This document shows positions 1 through 13,440 of a stretch of DNA of 52,867 bases, piece by piece. The notes under the pieces were generated by a model. That model was not told the origin of the DNA and searched no databases. It saw only the letters and a program-made list of their open reading frames with translations. The stretch comes from Nemertoderma westbladi (Eukaryota > Animalia > Xenacoelomorpha). The stretch's first letter is position 1. Every line of letters starts with the position of its first letter. The stretch covers positions 1 to 52,867 of the forward strand of contig JAUCBJ010008950.1 of assembly GCA_032718475.1 (NCBI GenBank), in the 5' to 3' direction. Both the position numbers and the translations under genes were made by a program.

Positions 1-2596
1 TTAGAAATTTGAAGAGGGCAAAATGCACATTTCAATTGTTTATCCATCTCTTTATTATCCTAAAAACAATTTAAAATTAATATGAATATTGTTATATATA
101 TATATAATCAAAAAAAAATTCATAAGCTACTCAACACAAATAAAATATAATATCTAAACTTTAATTAATTTAATATTTTCAGAATGAGCTCGAATGAATC
201 AGTTGAGCTCTTTATATATATATATTTCAAGTTTCTACTTAGACCAACCAATCATAAATAACAGTTACATTGGAAACTAATATCATAAATAAAGTTGCTT
301 TTACAACTGAATTCTTTATAATAAAATCAAGTCTAAACCAAGATGTGTCTAATGCGTTTTTAATTTTCATTGATAAAGTAGGTTTTACATGCAAATGTTT
401 TATTATTATGGTGGTGTAAACTCACGCATTTACATGCGAATGTTTTATACCTAATCCCGTGCTCACATTAAACTATCACCAATATTTACTCAATAAAGTC
501 ACCTTTACATGCAAATACTTTATAATAATCACGCTTTGTGATAAAAAGTTACCTTTACAAGTCAGTGTGAAACTGAAAAAAGAAAAGTCTCTAGTTAATA
601 ATAAATCAATCTGATACTGTTTTTATATGTTCCTTATTGTAATCTGCTACCTCTTCACTTGCTTTTGTAACTTTTATTTTCTTTGTAGGTATAGAATCAT
701 TGTTGGGAATGGAAGATGATTGAGATGTAGATCTGCGCTTTCTATCACTCGAGGTCTCTTCGATGTATGTCTTTGGATTAAATGTGGATGAAACTACTTC
801 TGGAAATGACTTATTATCCTTAAACTTCCAAGTTGGTGGATATAGAATCACGAAACCGTCTGCTATATCAGTTGATGAAACCTTTAACATCATATCGTAG
901 AGAAACTCTATATGAGGTATGTCTTTATCGTAATGTAACTGTAAATATTTGCTTTCCTTGTCTGTAATAATTACTTTTTTTTCTTGTACATTTATTTTTA
1001 CTTTAAGTCGGTCAGATAAAGCTACTTTATCGTCCGTATCTAGCTCTGAAAAGACACCTTCGTTACTAATTTCATAATTCCATTCATACCACAATGAATT
1101 TACTTCCGATGCTGTTAAGTTAAACCCATTATAATACCTAAGACCAATAGCATCAGAATATCTAGCTGAAATCTCCCATAGTCCCATATAAGTCGCTCCT
1201 TTATATTTGCTTACAAAACCAACAAAAGATGGGTTGGTTAAATTAACAACATAACACTGATTTATTATTTCGAGTGGTGGTGATAACAATTCTAATATTT
1301 CTGTCTTACTCTGAAGCAATAAATTAATGAGTGATTTGTTTAGAATTTGACATTTGCCTTGCTTCTGAATATATACGTTTTCAGTAATAACACAGGTGGA
1401 AATATTTAACTTTCCTCTTGTAAATTCTATATTAGGATAAATATTACCTCTTGAAACTGGTGATTCCTTTTGTCGGTTGAATAATATTTCTAAGACGTCT
1501 AGAAGGTAGAGTGTATCCAGGTAAGAGAAGCACGTTGTTACATTGCTATCGCATGAGAGTAATATAAAGTACTTGCCATAAACAATACTACAGGTATATT
1601 TATTAAATGTAAATTTCCAAGTATTGCTTGAAGTTTTTTTAAATAAATCCATAATTAGAATGAAAACTATTTTGAAAAATAAAAACTAAATAAATGATTA
1701 TTAGATTGTAAAACTTCGGTTTATATGGTTGCTTTAATACAGCAGAGTGACTTACAGTGAGGAATATAGTAGCTTCGTGTAACAGATGCAACGTGTACAG
1801 ATAAATTTATTACATTAGCGTGAGTTAGAGAGTGAAATAGCAGTAACGTGTAACAGATGCAACGTAATCAATGCTAGCCCTGTCATTCTAACTTATATTC
1901 AACTTAGTTGATCGATCAGTTACAACGATAAAAGAAATTGATTATTATTAATAGTCAAATTAATGTATTCTACGCTATAGTAATTATGTTAAGGAACTAG
2001 AAGCTATTTATAAACATCTGCTACCGGTGATGAAGATGAAGAATTCAATGACTATGGTATAACTCAGATATTTATCGCCTTTTTCTCTCGAGGTTGGATG
2101 GGGGAGTGAGTGGAGGAATGTGGGGAGTTATAATGGTCCCGAGTTCGAACCCTGTTGAATATTTTGTTATCTGAAAAATTGCAAAATTAAATTTAGTTAC
2201 TAGTGAAAAATAGTAGAAGTTACCTGTAGACACCTCTAGCGTCTGTAAAATAAAGGTTGGTAAATATGAAAATACTGGTTGCTGAAAAATTGCGATTTGA
2301 AAAATAGTAGAAGTTACCTGATGCTAAGTGTAGACACTCGAACACCTGTAAAATAAAGGCTTATGATTGGACGGATGAGTAGCGTTGGGGGACTAATAAC
2401 GCCTCTAGCGGAAGATGCGGGAACTTGAGAAGTTGCCATGGTTACGGATGAAATGCTGTCATCTGATTGGTTGAAATAATAACGACCACCGCTAAAGGTT
2501 GAAATAGTGGCTTCTGATTGGACAGAGTACCAGAAATGGACGGTAATGATGGGCTACGGGTGACCATGGCCGGGTGTCATAGCATTGTATACTACT
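1..2596. mobile_element. Right end of a Maverick/Polinton-like element (copy 1), apparently inserted into a LINE
   Basis: Carries a paralog (606-1652) of the terminal gene of the larger Maverick (45282-46368) in the same orientation. Ends in ...gtatACTACT (2591-2596; 5'-AGTAGT on minus, the canonical Maverick terminus) exactly where LINE endonuclease coding sequence (CYSPT) begins. Confidence 0.6.
606..1652 (-). CDS. Maverick accessory protein with PC4-like (ssDNA-binding) motif, 348 aa, intact
   Basis: Open 348-aa ORF in AT-rich DNA. FVSKYKGATYMGLWEI...GFNLTASEVNSL resembles the PC4 motif (VxxFKGxxYxDIR...GISLxxEQW). Clear homolog at 45282-46368. Confidence 0.6.
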   Translation of the reverse strand: MDLFKKTSSNTWKFTFNKYTCSIVYGKYFILLSCDSNVTTCFSYLDTLYLLDVLEILFNRQKESPVSRGNIYPNIEFTRGKLNISTCVITENVYIQKQGKCQILNKSLINLLLQSKTEILELLSPPLEIINQCYVVNLTNPSFVGFVSKYKGATYMGLWEISARYSDAIGLRYYNGFNLTASEVNSLWYEWNYEISNEGVFSELDTDDKVALSDRLKVKINVQEKKVIITDKESKYLQLHYDKDIPHIEFLYDMMLKVSSTDIADGFVILYPPTWKFKDNKSFPEVVSSTFNPKTYIEETSSDRKRRSTSQSSSIPNNDSIPTKKIKVTKASEEVADYNKEHIKTVSD

Positions 2597-3475
2597 GCTA
2601 CTCTCCAACTAGTGTTGCCCCTGTAGAGGAGGTGGAAAATTTCTACCACAATCTACAAGCAGCTCTTGATGGAGTGGATCAGCATGCATTCTTAACATTC
2701 CTGGGAGACTTTAATACAAGTCTGCATCAATCACCTACATCGCCCTGGGTCTATAGCAATAGTGTTAACCGAAATTCTGTCCATCTTCAGGATTTTATCT
2801 CTGGAAATGGATTGTTTTCGGCTGGAACCCAGTTCAAGAAGCGAACTGGAAAGCTATGGACTCATAGTGGACCCAGTGGTCACAAGTCCCAGATAGACCA
2901 TATTCTGTTTCGTAGGAAATACAGGAGCTCTATACAAGACTGTAATGCATTTACACTTCGACCCTTCTCCAGTGATCACCGCCTTATTGTGGCCAAGGTA
3001 AGACTTAGTCTGCGTGCTAGCAGAACAATGAAATCTGCCTTGCCATGGCATGACTGGTCCTCTCTGTTGCAACAGCCAAGTGTGAGATCCAGCTTCACAC
3101 TACAGCTGAGCAACAGGTATGAGGCTCTTGCCTCTGAGGCGGCAGATCACTGTGAGGGCTATACTGCCTTTACAGAAGCAGTTAAGTTAGCAGCTGCAGA
3201 AACAGTTCCTGTATACCCTCGAAACAGGAAAAGGGCCCCCTGGACTGACAACAAAATTCAGAAGTGCCGAAATGACCTTCATAAGGCGCAGAAAGAGTCC
3301 CGACTCAAACAGACTACAGCGGCCAAGAATGCAGTTAAAGCTGCATCTAGGTCCCTGAACAGGCAGTACTCTGTTAATCTACAGGAGCTAATAAACCAAC
3401 AGGTTGATGCCATCAATGTTGCTGACGACAGCAGGCAATCATCCCAGGCATGGAAATCGATCAATCTGATGTGTT
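2597..3475 (+). pseudogene. LINE (RTE-like) APE endonuclease fragment
   Basis: CYSPT, LGDFN, SQIDHILF and SDHRL motifs. Truncated at both ends; the first ~26 codons of the ORF-track call are Maverick terminal DNA. Confidence 0.9.
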
Positions 3476-6400
3476 AAATGTCACAGACTGTCTGTCTTCA
3501 TTGACACTTACCATAGACCTTCCCAAAGCAGGTTTTGTTTCTCTCATATTCTCCTCTGAGAAGTTTGACTTCATCTCTGCGATAGCGTCGGTTGCTATCA
3601 TATCGTGAATATGTCTGAGTGTTAACACTTTATCTTGACCCTCCAATTTGTTCTCTAATTTCCGCCATTTTTGCCGATAACGAAAGTTCAGGCGTCTTAT
3701 TATACTCTTTAAAACCTCAGCGTGATCACCATAGTGTGGTAGATTCACTGTTTTTAAAATATCTAGGGCATTTGTAATGGCGTTGGCCAAGTTTAACAGT
3801 TCCAACGGTGTTGTAATTTTTCCACCCTTGCCCAAATCCTCTACTATTGATTGTGCCATTTTGATTTTATTCCCATAGATGTCGCTAAGGGTCTTCATTG
3901 TTAGTTCAAATGCATTTTCATTCCCGACGAAATTGTCGGCAATGGTCCTTGGCTCTCGATGGAGCATTTGCAATAAGTAATTGAATTTTTCATTGGGGGT
4001 AAAGGTACTGTTAGTTAACTGCTCATTGACATAAGTGTTAAATGTCCTCCAGTGTTTATGGTTGCCCATAAACCTCTGAGGTTGTTGCGCTGGCAATCCC
4101 TGCCTAGCAGCAAACTTACCAATATCCCAAAGGGTGGCGTCATTCCGGATTAATAAGTTGGTCAACTCTGCAGGGTTGTCGAGTCTGGGCCTTTCCCGGG
4201 GATTCATACTTACCTGCTCCGTGTCGGTCTTTCTTTCCTTCTGGTTTTGGGACTTCTGACGTCTCAATTCTTGCTCTTCATCGCTCGAGTCTGTGTCAGT
4301 CCTCAGCGCTCGTGTTGGTTTACGTGCCGAAGCCCTGACCCAGGCCTCTTATATAAATCTTTCCGCCGAATTTTCGAAGTTGGGATTATGGATCGTAGGG
4401 ACGGGCGTTCTTACCTGAGGTCTCTGTGGTATAGTTGCCTCCGATATGCATACTCGTTGACTAGGTTGGACTTTATCTAGTTCAGGCCTGCTAGGATTAG
4501 GAATACTTCTTACCTGGGCCGCTTCCTTTAACTGTAGGTTACTAAGCATGTCCGTTATAGGTTGGATGTGCGGCGATATAGCTTGCGCTAAACTGGCACT
4601 TAACTCCTCCATCGTAATAAATTCCTGGCTAGGGTTCTGTTGTATAGTCGGCTCTATCTGAGTAATCCGCTGTCTCTCATATGACCCCTCTTCCGGTTTA
4701 ACCCGGAAGTTCTCCATCGAACTGGGTTGGCGATCCGTCCGTGTATTCCAAACCCGCGGGTTCGGTTCGCCCAATACTCGGCCTCTCGGAGTTTCTTCTC
4801 TAAACTCCTCCTTCTCCCGATAATAACTGTGCCGCAGCGCGCCGTCCTGATGGCGCGGATCCTGCGCAATGGCCGAAGCACTAATACCAACTGGCGTGCG
4901 ATATGTAGAAAACGGTTTAGCGATCCGAGTACTTGTAATAGTTGGACCGTGTATAGGAATTCTGGTCGCCATTGACTCACGTATAACCAGAGTTCTCGCC
5001 TCCTGTTCGGCCTTCTGCTGTGCGAACAGGTCTCGCAACTCGGTACCTACACTCGCCCCACATTCTTCAATCATTCGCATCCCCCTTTCGGCAATTTCAT
5101 TCGCCTTCCTTGTTTGTTCTTCGCTTTCTAAGTTTAGTCTCGCACTTTCCAATTGCGCCAGTTTGCGTTGTTCTTCTTCCCTTGCGAGTCTCGCTGCGCT
5201 CTCTTCTTCCAGTCGCGCTTTCTCTTCGTACAATGCGCGTCATTCCCTCTCGCGCTCGAGTTCGCGCTCCTTGCGCTCACGTTCGAGTTGAAGTTCGCGT
5301 CTCCTTTGTTCGCGTTCCTTGGCTTCCCGTTCGCGTTCGAGCTGGAGTTCCTTCTCTTCGCGTTCGCGCTCGAGTTGGAGTTCGCGTTCTTCCTGTTCGC
5401 ATTCGGCTTGCTCACGCTTACTTATGTCTTCCAACTCTCGCAGCTTCGCATCTAACTTCCGGGTGCGCTCCCGTTCTCGCTCGGCTTCCTTCCGTGCTTC
5501 CGATGCACGCAAGACCTCTGCCTGTTGTTCGTCTAGTCGGCGTCTTTTCTCCTCCACCGAGTTGTGAGAAACAAGGGATCTAGCGCATATAACCTTCCCT
5601 CGCGCGTGACTAACCTGAGAATCGCCGCTGTCTTTAGATGCGTCGTCGGGTGGAGTTAACGTCCTCTGTTGGATGTTCTCCGTTGTCGGTAGCACCTGGC
5701 CCGGTACCACCACTCCACTCTGCATCAGCCAGCTGGTAACTTCCCTCTGATACCTTCTCTCTTCCTTGTCTTGGATCTCTTCCTGTTCCACTAAGTTCCT
5801 CGACTCTGCGTCACTTACCTGAGTTGCCTGCGCTTGTGATGCCCATAGCAACCAGTTATCTGTCCTAACTCGTCGGAATCGCTCCGATAACGCGCGGTGC
5901 TCTAACAAGGCTGCCAAAGCCCTGTCGTAAACCCTCGTCGCCACTTCGCTCGACTGGGACTCCACTGCTCTCTTCGCTAGGACTGCAAGCTCCTCCGTCT
6001 GCTTGAATAACGCTGAGTTGTATCCCTTTCTAATCTCCACTAACCCTTCCCTTCCGATGTTACCAGAGTCGGCTAACATCTTCCTTACCTTCTCCGCCGT
6101 CCGAGTTATATGTCCGGCATGCGCGCGAAGTTTCTTTTTTATCGCGATGTCCAGTTCTCTTTCGCTTACCTGACTCACACTCGGTGGACTTGAGGGATTA
6201 TTACGGGAACTCCGGGTGCTCCTAACTGCCACTGGGAACACGGCACTGACCATACCCACGGGTCTGGTAACCGGGCTTTGAGCTCTCGCTTCTGCTATAC
6301 TTAATTCCCTATCACTCACCTCTGGCCGGGCTGCTGTACAATCCTCCCTTACAGTAGTGGTAGGGGACCCTAATAATATTACTTCACCTTGGTCTTCTTC

Positions 6401-6565
6401 ACTGGTTACTATCTCGTCCTCCTGTTCACTTACGTCAGCATCACTCGCTGTGTCGTCATAGTCAGCATTGTCATCAACAGTTATATTGACACTATCGTCA
6501 GTCGGCAGCGGTCCAGCCGCCGTCTCATAGCTGTCCTCTAGTGCCTCCTTCTCTGAGACACTCAT
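3476..6565 (-). pseudogene. gag: BEL/Pao gag (family distinct from the two central copies), 3'-truncated
   Basis: ORFs 5240-6565, 4349-5233 and 3461-4267 share one frame separated by stops. E/R coiled-coil repeats; DUF1759-like FMGNHKHWRTF...EKFNYLLQML. Confidence 0.8.
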
Positions 6566-8700
6566 TGTTTAAAGTATATATATAGTTATTTGCCTTTCGG
6601 CTAAAATCTCGCAAAATTTCGAGATATATATTAATTTAATCGAAATTTCGATTAAATTATTTGTCAAAATAATTTATTTGGTCTCAAAATATCAAATATT
6701 AAATTTGTTAATTCACAATAAAAAATATTATGAATTTAATTGTATATAATTATGGCTGTATGGTAAATACCAGTATAATATCTAAACAAAATGTAGCTCT
6801 ATAGCTATTATACAGCATTTAAATACCGGTATGACACGAAAATAATTTGAATCTAATTCAAAAATTCAAAAAAATAAATTTGTCACCCAAAATATTTCTA
6901 ATTTTATATATAGCTCAAAATCAACGTAATTTTATTTTTAAATATTATATATATCCACTAGCGCGTGGCTACACCTTCAGGTTGCGACACTCTCTCTCTC
7001 TCCAACTGAGCGATCCAAAACACCATGGCCGGCTAAACCTAACTAACCTAACTAATAAACTGAGTTCAGTTTCGCAGTCAAACAACCGGTAATTTTTTAC
7101 TGCTTCCACAAACACACTGTTACCAACAGAACAACTAACCCTGTTCGCTGTGAGATTCCACGTCCGCGTCCTAGGCTTCAGACTCGTTGCTGATTGCGAA
7201 CCAAACCCGTAGACCCACACAAACCCCAGCATCAGAAGTTCCATCTCGCCATGTATCTCCAGATGGTATAAAATAATTAAGCGGTTATCCAACATACCGG
7301 TACTATAACCCTAAATTTTATTATATAAATAATTTTGGCTGAAACTGAATTCTCACAAACCTAGTTACTAATTTTGAATTTACTAATTTTACAATTTACC
7401 CTAAGAGCCTAACGAATTACTGTATTCTCTATGAATAGTGAACAAAAAAATAAAAGCCGTTTACTGTTAAAGAAATCTCAAAGGGGATTCTTCCTTTTGA
7501 TATGTTCGTATTTTCGAATAAAACAATGAGGTTAATCAAACTATAACATACCAATCTAATTGCCCTAAACACAAGCCGAAACAGAAACAACCAAAACAAT
7601 AAATCTGATTTGGCTTCCCAAGCTACTTAATACGAGTGTTGGTGACTTAACACTCCAATTGTTCACCCTTCACAGAGAAATAAAGCAGTTCGTCAGGCGG
7701 ACAAATGTTGAATGTGAGAATATTTAATAATGCAAAAGGGGGGAAATTATTTACCTAAACACTGGTACCCTTAGCGCTGACTGTAATCAGCTATATTACT
7801 GCTCGCTACGCTTGCAACTACTGTAGACTTGCAAACCCGCTATTTTTTAGATAACCACCTAGTGTAAATTTGTCCAAAGATATTTCTGTATTTCCTAAGT
7901 GTAAATAACTAAAACTATTCTCCGCTATGCAGCGTACGAAGTCCTTATTTTATTCTAAATACTATCATACATAAACTACATTTACTCAAATGTACGTTGC
8001 GAACTAATTATTAGGTATTCCAGAATTTGTAACGCTAATTAGTTACGTTACTGGGCTACACTAAAGACAGCCTAAATACCGTATTATTTGAGCTAACAGT
8101 AATTTAACAAGCATAAATAGAAAACAGAAACAATCAAGGTATATAGCGCCTATCTAAAACATTACACATAAATAGCGTTAGCATTAGCATAGCATTAGCA
8201 TAGCATTAGCATAGCATTAGCATAAACGTAGCATTAGCATAAATGTAGCATTAGCATAAACGGCTAAGGTCACCCCAGATCAATGTGATCTTTCTACCTA
8301 AACCTAGCTAGCCTAATAGCAAATCTGAGAGACAAGATCTAGGTCGCCTTGCCCCTAACAGCCTTAATGGCGACCGGCCCTCGGTCCTAAACTTAATTCA
8401 GCCAACCGCAGCCACCAGCCCCGCCGGTAGTGCCGTGCATTGGATCCTCCAACTTCTCCCGTCGCTTCCAAACAGTGAGCCCGCGGTGCCTACCCCTAGC
8501 CCAACATGTTAAAGAGGGCAGTTACCGTAACGGCGCAAACATAGTAAAAACCAATCAGACAGTCAGACAGTCGAAGGAAACAAACGTTGATTTTGGTTCA
8601 CTACATTGCGGCAATTATATTTGCAATCAGAAATATATAATCAACAGTCAGACTAAGCAGTAATCATATTCAAAAGTCACAAATGTATGAAGAAAGCAGC
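6566..8700 (-). mobile_element. Probable 5' UTR and LTR of the BEL element whose gag starts at 6565; outer boundary uncertain
   Basis: Minus strand reads ATTAAA...ttcaaCA|tttgtcc at ~7706, a plausible LTR end with a degenerate PBS. No second LTR is present to confirm. Confidence 0.35.
8179..8261. repeat. (TAGCATTAGCA)n minisatellite
   Basis: 11-bp unit repeated directly, later units with short spacers. Confidence 0.9.
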
Positions 8701-10792
8701 AACATTTACAACCAACGGAAGTGCAAAAAACGAAGAATAAAGATGGCTACTGCTAAACTGTAGGAATGACGCAAAGTCTAAATTTGCTCACATAATCAGG
8801 CGACATCCAGAGTTGTCTCAGCTGGATTTTCGACCAACCAGTGGGCAAAACTCAATTTAGGATCATTAATGCACGTAATCGCCTCAACTTAATTTGGCGA
8901 TTATTAAAAGCACAATTTAGGCGTTATTTTAGCACAAACATCGATTTATAGGGAAATGTAAATAAAATTAACACAAATGTATTAGATTCGATAGATATTG
9001 GAAAACGGCAAAATTCATATTTTGTTTTAAAGAATTTTGCCACCGCAATTGAATATATCAGGGTTTTATTATAAAATGACGTAAATAGGGCTACATACTG
9101 TATAAAATCGACTGAATATAAAATGAACTTGTATATTTTTTATTTACCCTATCTAATTATTACGGTTGCATATCAATACGCACTTATCTAACTTATTTTA
9201 TACTGTATAACGGGTTGTTCTGTACACAACGCCATATATCGCAACACCGCTCCAAGGGAAACATGTAATGTTTCTCTCCAATTGCAGAAGAAATATGGCG
9301 GTGTGGAATAACAAATAAAATTTACTTTCAAATAAATCAATAAACTTGGTGGGATAAATATTTCTCCATTTGACGCAACACCGCCGCGGCCGCTATGAGG
9401 GAGGTGAATACCGCGGCCGCTCCTAAAGCCGCAGGCCATCGCTAACTATATAGGTTAACTTGGGATTCTGGGGGACTTTTCGATGAAGGAACTGACCAAA
9501 TTTTTTTATTTTCTCACCAGGGGAGCGGCTCGGAATTCTAAGATATTAGCAACTCTAACATTATTAAATCTAACCCTTCGACGGACACGGCGGACAAAAA
9601 ACCGTCATTTTTTCGTCAATTTTAAAATTTTTTTGAAAGGCGCTCTACAGTGGCTCGAAAAAACCCTAGGTTATTGCTTAGCCGACGCCGGGATACGATA
9701 GAAGGGATTAATTAGTGAATTCGTTTTTTTTTCAAAAAAGATTACCACGCCTTTTTTCCGAAAATGTCCGTCAAATTTGAAAAAACGGACAAAATGACTT
9801 TGCGGGATCCGCTATAACTCGGCTAATATTAATCGTACGGGGACAAAAGTAACGCGGTTGGAAAGGGGAAGAGTGGTACTACCTTCGTATCGAATGGGGG
9901 TAAGATATTTATTAAAATTTCGGGTGGAAAAAGGGGCTGTAAATTTGTACGTTTTTGTCCGTCTTTTTTGGAAAACTTATTTCCGAAAAGTTTAATTCGA
10001 CAACGCGGGTAGGAATCCACTAATTCTTTTATGAAACTCGTAGAAGACCATTGGGGCTACGTTCCTATCGAATGGGGGTACAAAAAATATGTCGGTAATA
10101 GGGGCCAAAAAGGGCCAGAATTTGTAAAGTAGTTTTTATCGAATAATTTTTTATTTTTAACTTTAGTTGGTTAAGGTACATTCTATACAATCAATATCCA
10201 TACGGGGAATTCAAATATGCTATTGGTTTTGCTCCAAGGATGATATTAAAAAAATGAGGGCCAAAATTATAATTTCGCGCTTCAAACTTGCTTCGCGGGA
10301 AATCGTCTAGCTCGAAAACTACTTAACTTACGGGAGATTTGTTTACACAGACTTATAGTGCGTTAAATTATCTATCTAACAGCGTTAATCACAGCGCCGG
10401 AGGTATTATAAAACTGGAGCGGCAGGCGATCGTGTGAAATATAATATTTATAAAAAGGGACGAAAATTTTTTTTTTTTAACAAATCGCTATTCCATTATA
10501 ATTTAGCGTATTGCGCCAAAAGTACCTGTAAAAAGTATCAAATTAACTCCGCTATCTTTTATCTTAACATATATAATTAAAATTACGAATTTTAAGGGTC
10601 GAAAAATATCGCGTTATTTTGGCCCTTTTTTTTAATTTTTTTGGGGCCAAAAATAACCCCTTCTCAAAAGATTAAGAAAAAAATTACGGCAAAGAATATA
10701 CCAATTTTATTGAATTTGGACCACCAGAACCGAAGTTAGAGCGATTTTAGTGAAAAAATAAAAATAATTTTTTTTGAAAAAAAATTAAGAAT

Positions 10793-10870
10793 GGTCAGGT
10801 CAATATTGGATTTCGAACCCGCGAACTTAGGTTTCATTAACGTGATTGATAACCACTAGACTATGTGACC
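10793..10870 (-). other. tRNA-like / Pol III promoter remnant (SINE head or pseudo-tRNA)
   Basis: Minus strand ggtcacaTAGTCTAGTGGtta...GGGTTCGAAatcc...tgacc: A box, B box and ggtca/tgacc closing stem. Anticodon arm is poor. Confidence 0.5.
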
Positions 10871-12764
10871 AAGTGAATTTGAAATTTTCGAGTGACTATT
10901 TTTAAACATCAATAACTTCGGTTCTACAGGGCCGTTTAATCTGAAACTTTTTTCATTGGATAGAGAATAGATTGTAGTGTGTGAAATAGGATAAAACTTG
11001 GGAAAAGACTTATGTGCACTTAGTGCAAAATGCACTTAAATAGTGAACATTTTTTCGATAGTTCAAACACTATTATTTCCAGTTCTATTCATCGTAGAAT
11101 GTTATTTTTTGGATTAAAATGTAGTTTGGAATGATTTCTAACTATAATCGTAACATTTGTTTAACTTTTTATGTCTATAAAGTGACTTAAAATGTCCATG
11201 AATATGGTCCAAAATCGCAAATCCAGATTTATTAAATTGGATTTTTGACACTTTTAGCGACTGACACTTGATCATACACTATCGTAGATCGGTAGAGGAT
11301 AAACATAAGTTTGTTAAATAAGAGCCACCATTACGATCTGCTAAAGTGCATTTGTACAAATAAGTGTGCAAAAGTGCAAATTTTTTAATAAGGTCAAATT
11401 ATATAGTATTGGGTTCTTTTCTTTGCAGATACTTTATTTTCATATTATGATGTTGTTTGAACCTTACTGAGCGCATTAGGGGATATGCGTACAAATAACC
11501 GGCCCTTATGAGGCTTCGATTGGGTAAATTAATAAAACATAAGGTTGTATAGTATAATATTCTAAAAACCAGTGTGATATTAAATGCACTTAAAACAAAA
11601 AATAGAGATCAAACAACAAATGGACCACACTATTAAAAACTCGCACAATTTTGTACTTATTATATCGCTTCAAATTAATTCAACAGTGGATATTTGGGGG
11701 AAGGGGGAAGTTACAGTGTGCATTCGGGGGAAGTTTGGTGAACTGCATTTATGCAGTGAATCCAAACTTCCCCCTTTGAGATATCATATACTTAAGACAT
11801 GCTAGGGTGACGGGGAAATATTTGTTACTGTCACACTTTGCTTCCATTTATCCTATCCTTTATTATTACCCCAGTCAGATAAGAGATAGTAAATCAGTAA
11901 AAACTAAACTAAACTGTCTTTCATGCAAACAAATTTCTAACTAAAGACGGGTGAATGACCATGACCATGGAAATAATTTTAAATATAATCGTATATCAAC
12001 TATTTGGGGAGGCTTCCAAGTTAAACCCGAAAACAATTATTTTGTTACATATATAGTAAATAACGTTGTATGTTCTTCTTCCTCTCATAATAAAATATAT
12101 ATGAAATATCTCAGATCGCTATGCCCTGTAACATTTCACAACCAAAATATTTAAGTGTGAAAAGTGTAGGCCTACCACACTCCTCCCAAACAACCGCAAA
12201 CGCATAGCCAACAAATTTAACAAAAGGTTACATACATGTTGGGTTCATGACGAGATGAGTGAAAATTGATCGCGTAATATAAAGTAAAAAATTAAGAGAC
12301 GGGCTGACTCTCCTCCACTTTCTTACCCAATGGATATGTTGTTGTAATAATCTAATATTGGGGCGGCTTTCTCTCGGTTCTATTATAATTCTAATACATA
12401 CAAAATATTGCTACCTTTACTGCATAAATTATTACATACAAATACAAATTAGATTACAAAATATACTTCCTTCGAATTATTTACAAATTTACTTATTGAA
12501 ATGGAACATGGCTTGGACTATGTCCCCCATTTCCCATCTCAAATTATAGAGAACAATAATAACAAAAGAACTAAAATATAAAACGTATTTGAGGCTAAAT
12601 GTTTAACTAAATATTATTGCGTTTTAAGGCTGACAATCAAATTAAATATAAAATACGTAATAATTTCTTTCAATTTCGGACTTTACTTCATAAAAACGCA
12701 AATCATCTTGGTTTGATGATTGCTCAGGTAAGAGAAAGGAGTAAGCCAAACCCGCCAAACCCAA

Positions 12765-13440
12765 ACACCCCGCTCATATGGGGTGCCAAGGGTGTTTGGA
12801 AGTGCCATTGTATATGGTGTTCCTTCCAGACTTGGGATGCGGTCTCTTTGGTGAACCATCCCTCGATCGCCTCTCTAGGTTCCCTTTCCCCTCCCACGAA
12901 GTTTGTACCATTATCGGAGTACATATGACGACATGTTCCATTGTTTGCTACGAACCGACGCAGGGCGTTGATAAATGCGTGTTGCATAAGGTTCACCACG
13001 ATGTCTAGGTAGATTGCCCTAGACCTAAGGCAGGTAAAGATGGCTCCCCAGCATTTGATGTTGGATCGTCGCTCGATGACCGTAAACGGTCCGAAACAGT
13101 CTACTCCGGTTACATAGAACGGTGGGGAATCGGACTGTAGACGTGTGGCTGGTAACTCGGCCATCTTTTGTGTGAGTGGTGGCGCTAGATATCTTCTGCA
13201 GGGAAAGCAACGTTTTAACACTTTCCGGATCAGTGGCTGGATGTGGGTGATCCAATATCTTTGTCTTATATTAGCTATAATCCAGTTCTGTCCTGCGTGA
13301 TGGTTTTCCTCGTGACACTGTTGGATTAATAGCTTGGCTAGTGTCGACGTTCCGGGCAGGAGCGCTGGGTATTTGACCTCGTATTCAACCGGGGCGTTTG
13401 CCATCCGGGTATTCAGTCGAATCAGTCCGTCCTCTCCCAT
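12765..13440 (-). pseudogene. pol: BEL integrase (HHCC + partial DDE), truncated
   Basis: CHEENHHAG...RYWI...CFPC, GVDCFGP, YSDNGTNFVG, APHMSGV then break before the WER catalytic Glu. Confidence 0.92.

Noticed and set aside
2130-2156. tRNA gene from the GAGTTCGAACCC B-box
   Set aside because: No cloverleaf or convincing A box nearby.
9572-9715. piggyBac-like element (aaccctt...aagggattaa)
   Set aside because: The ends are not convincing inverted repeats and a TTAA duplication is not intact on both sides.
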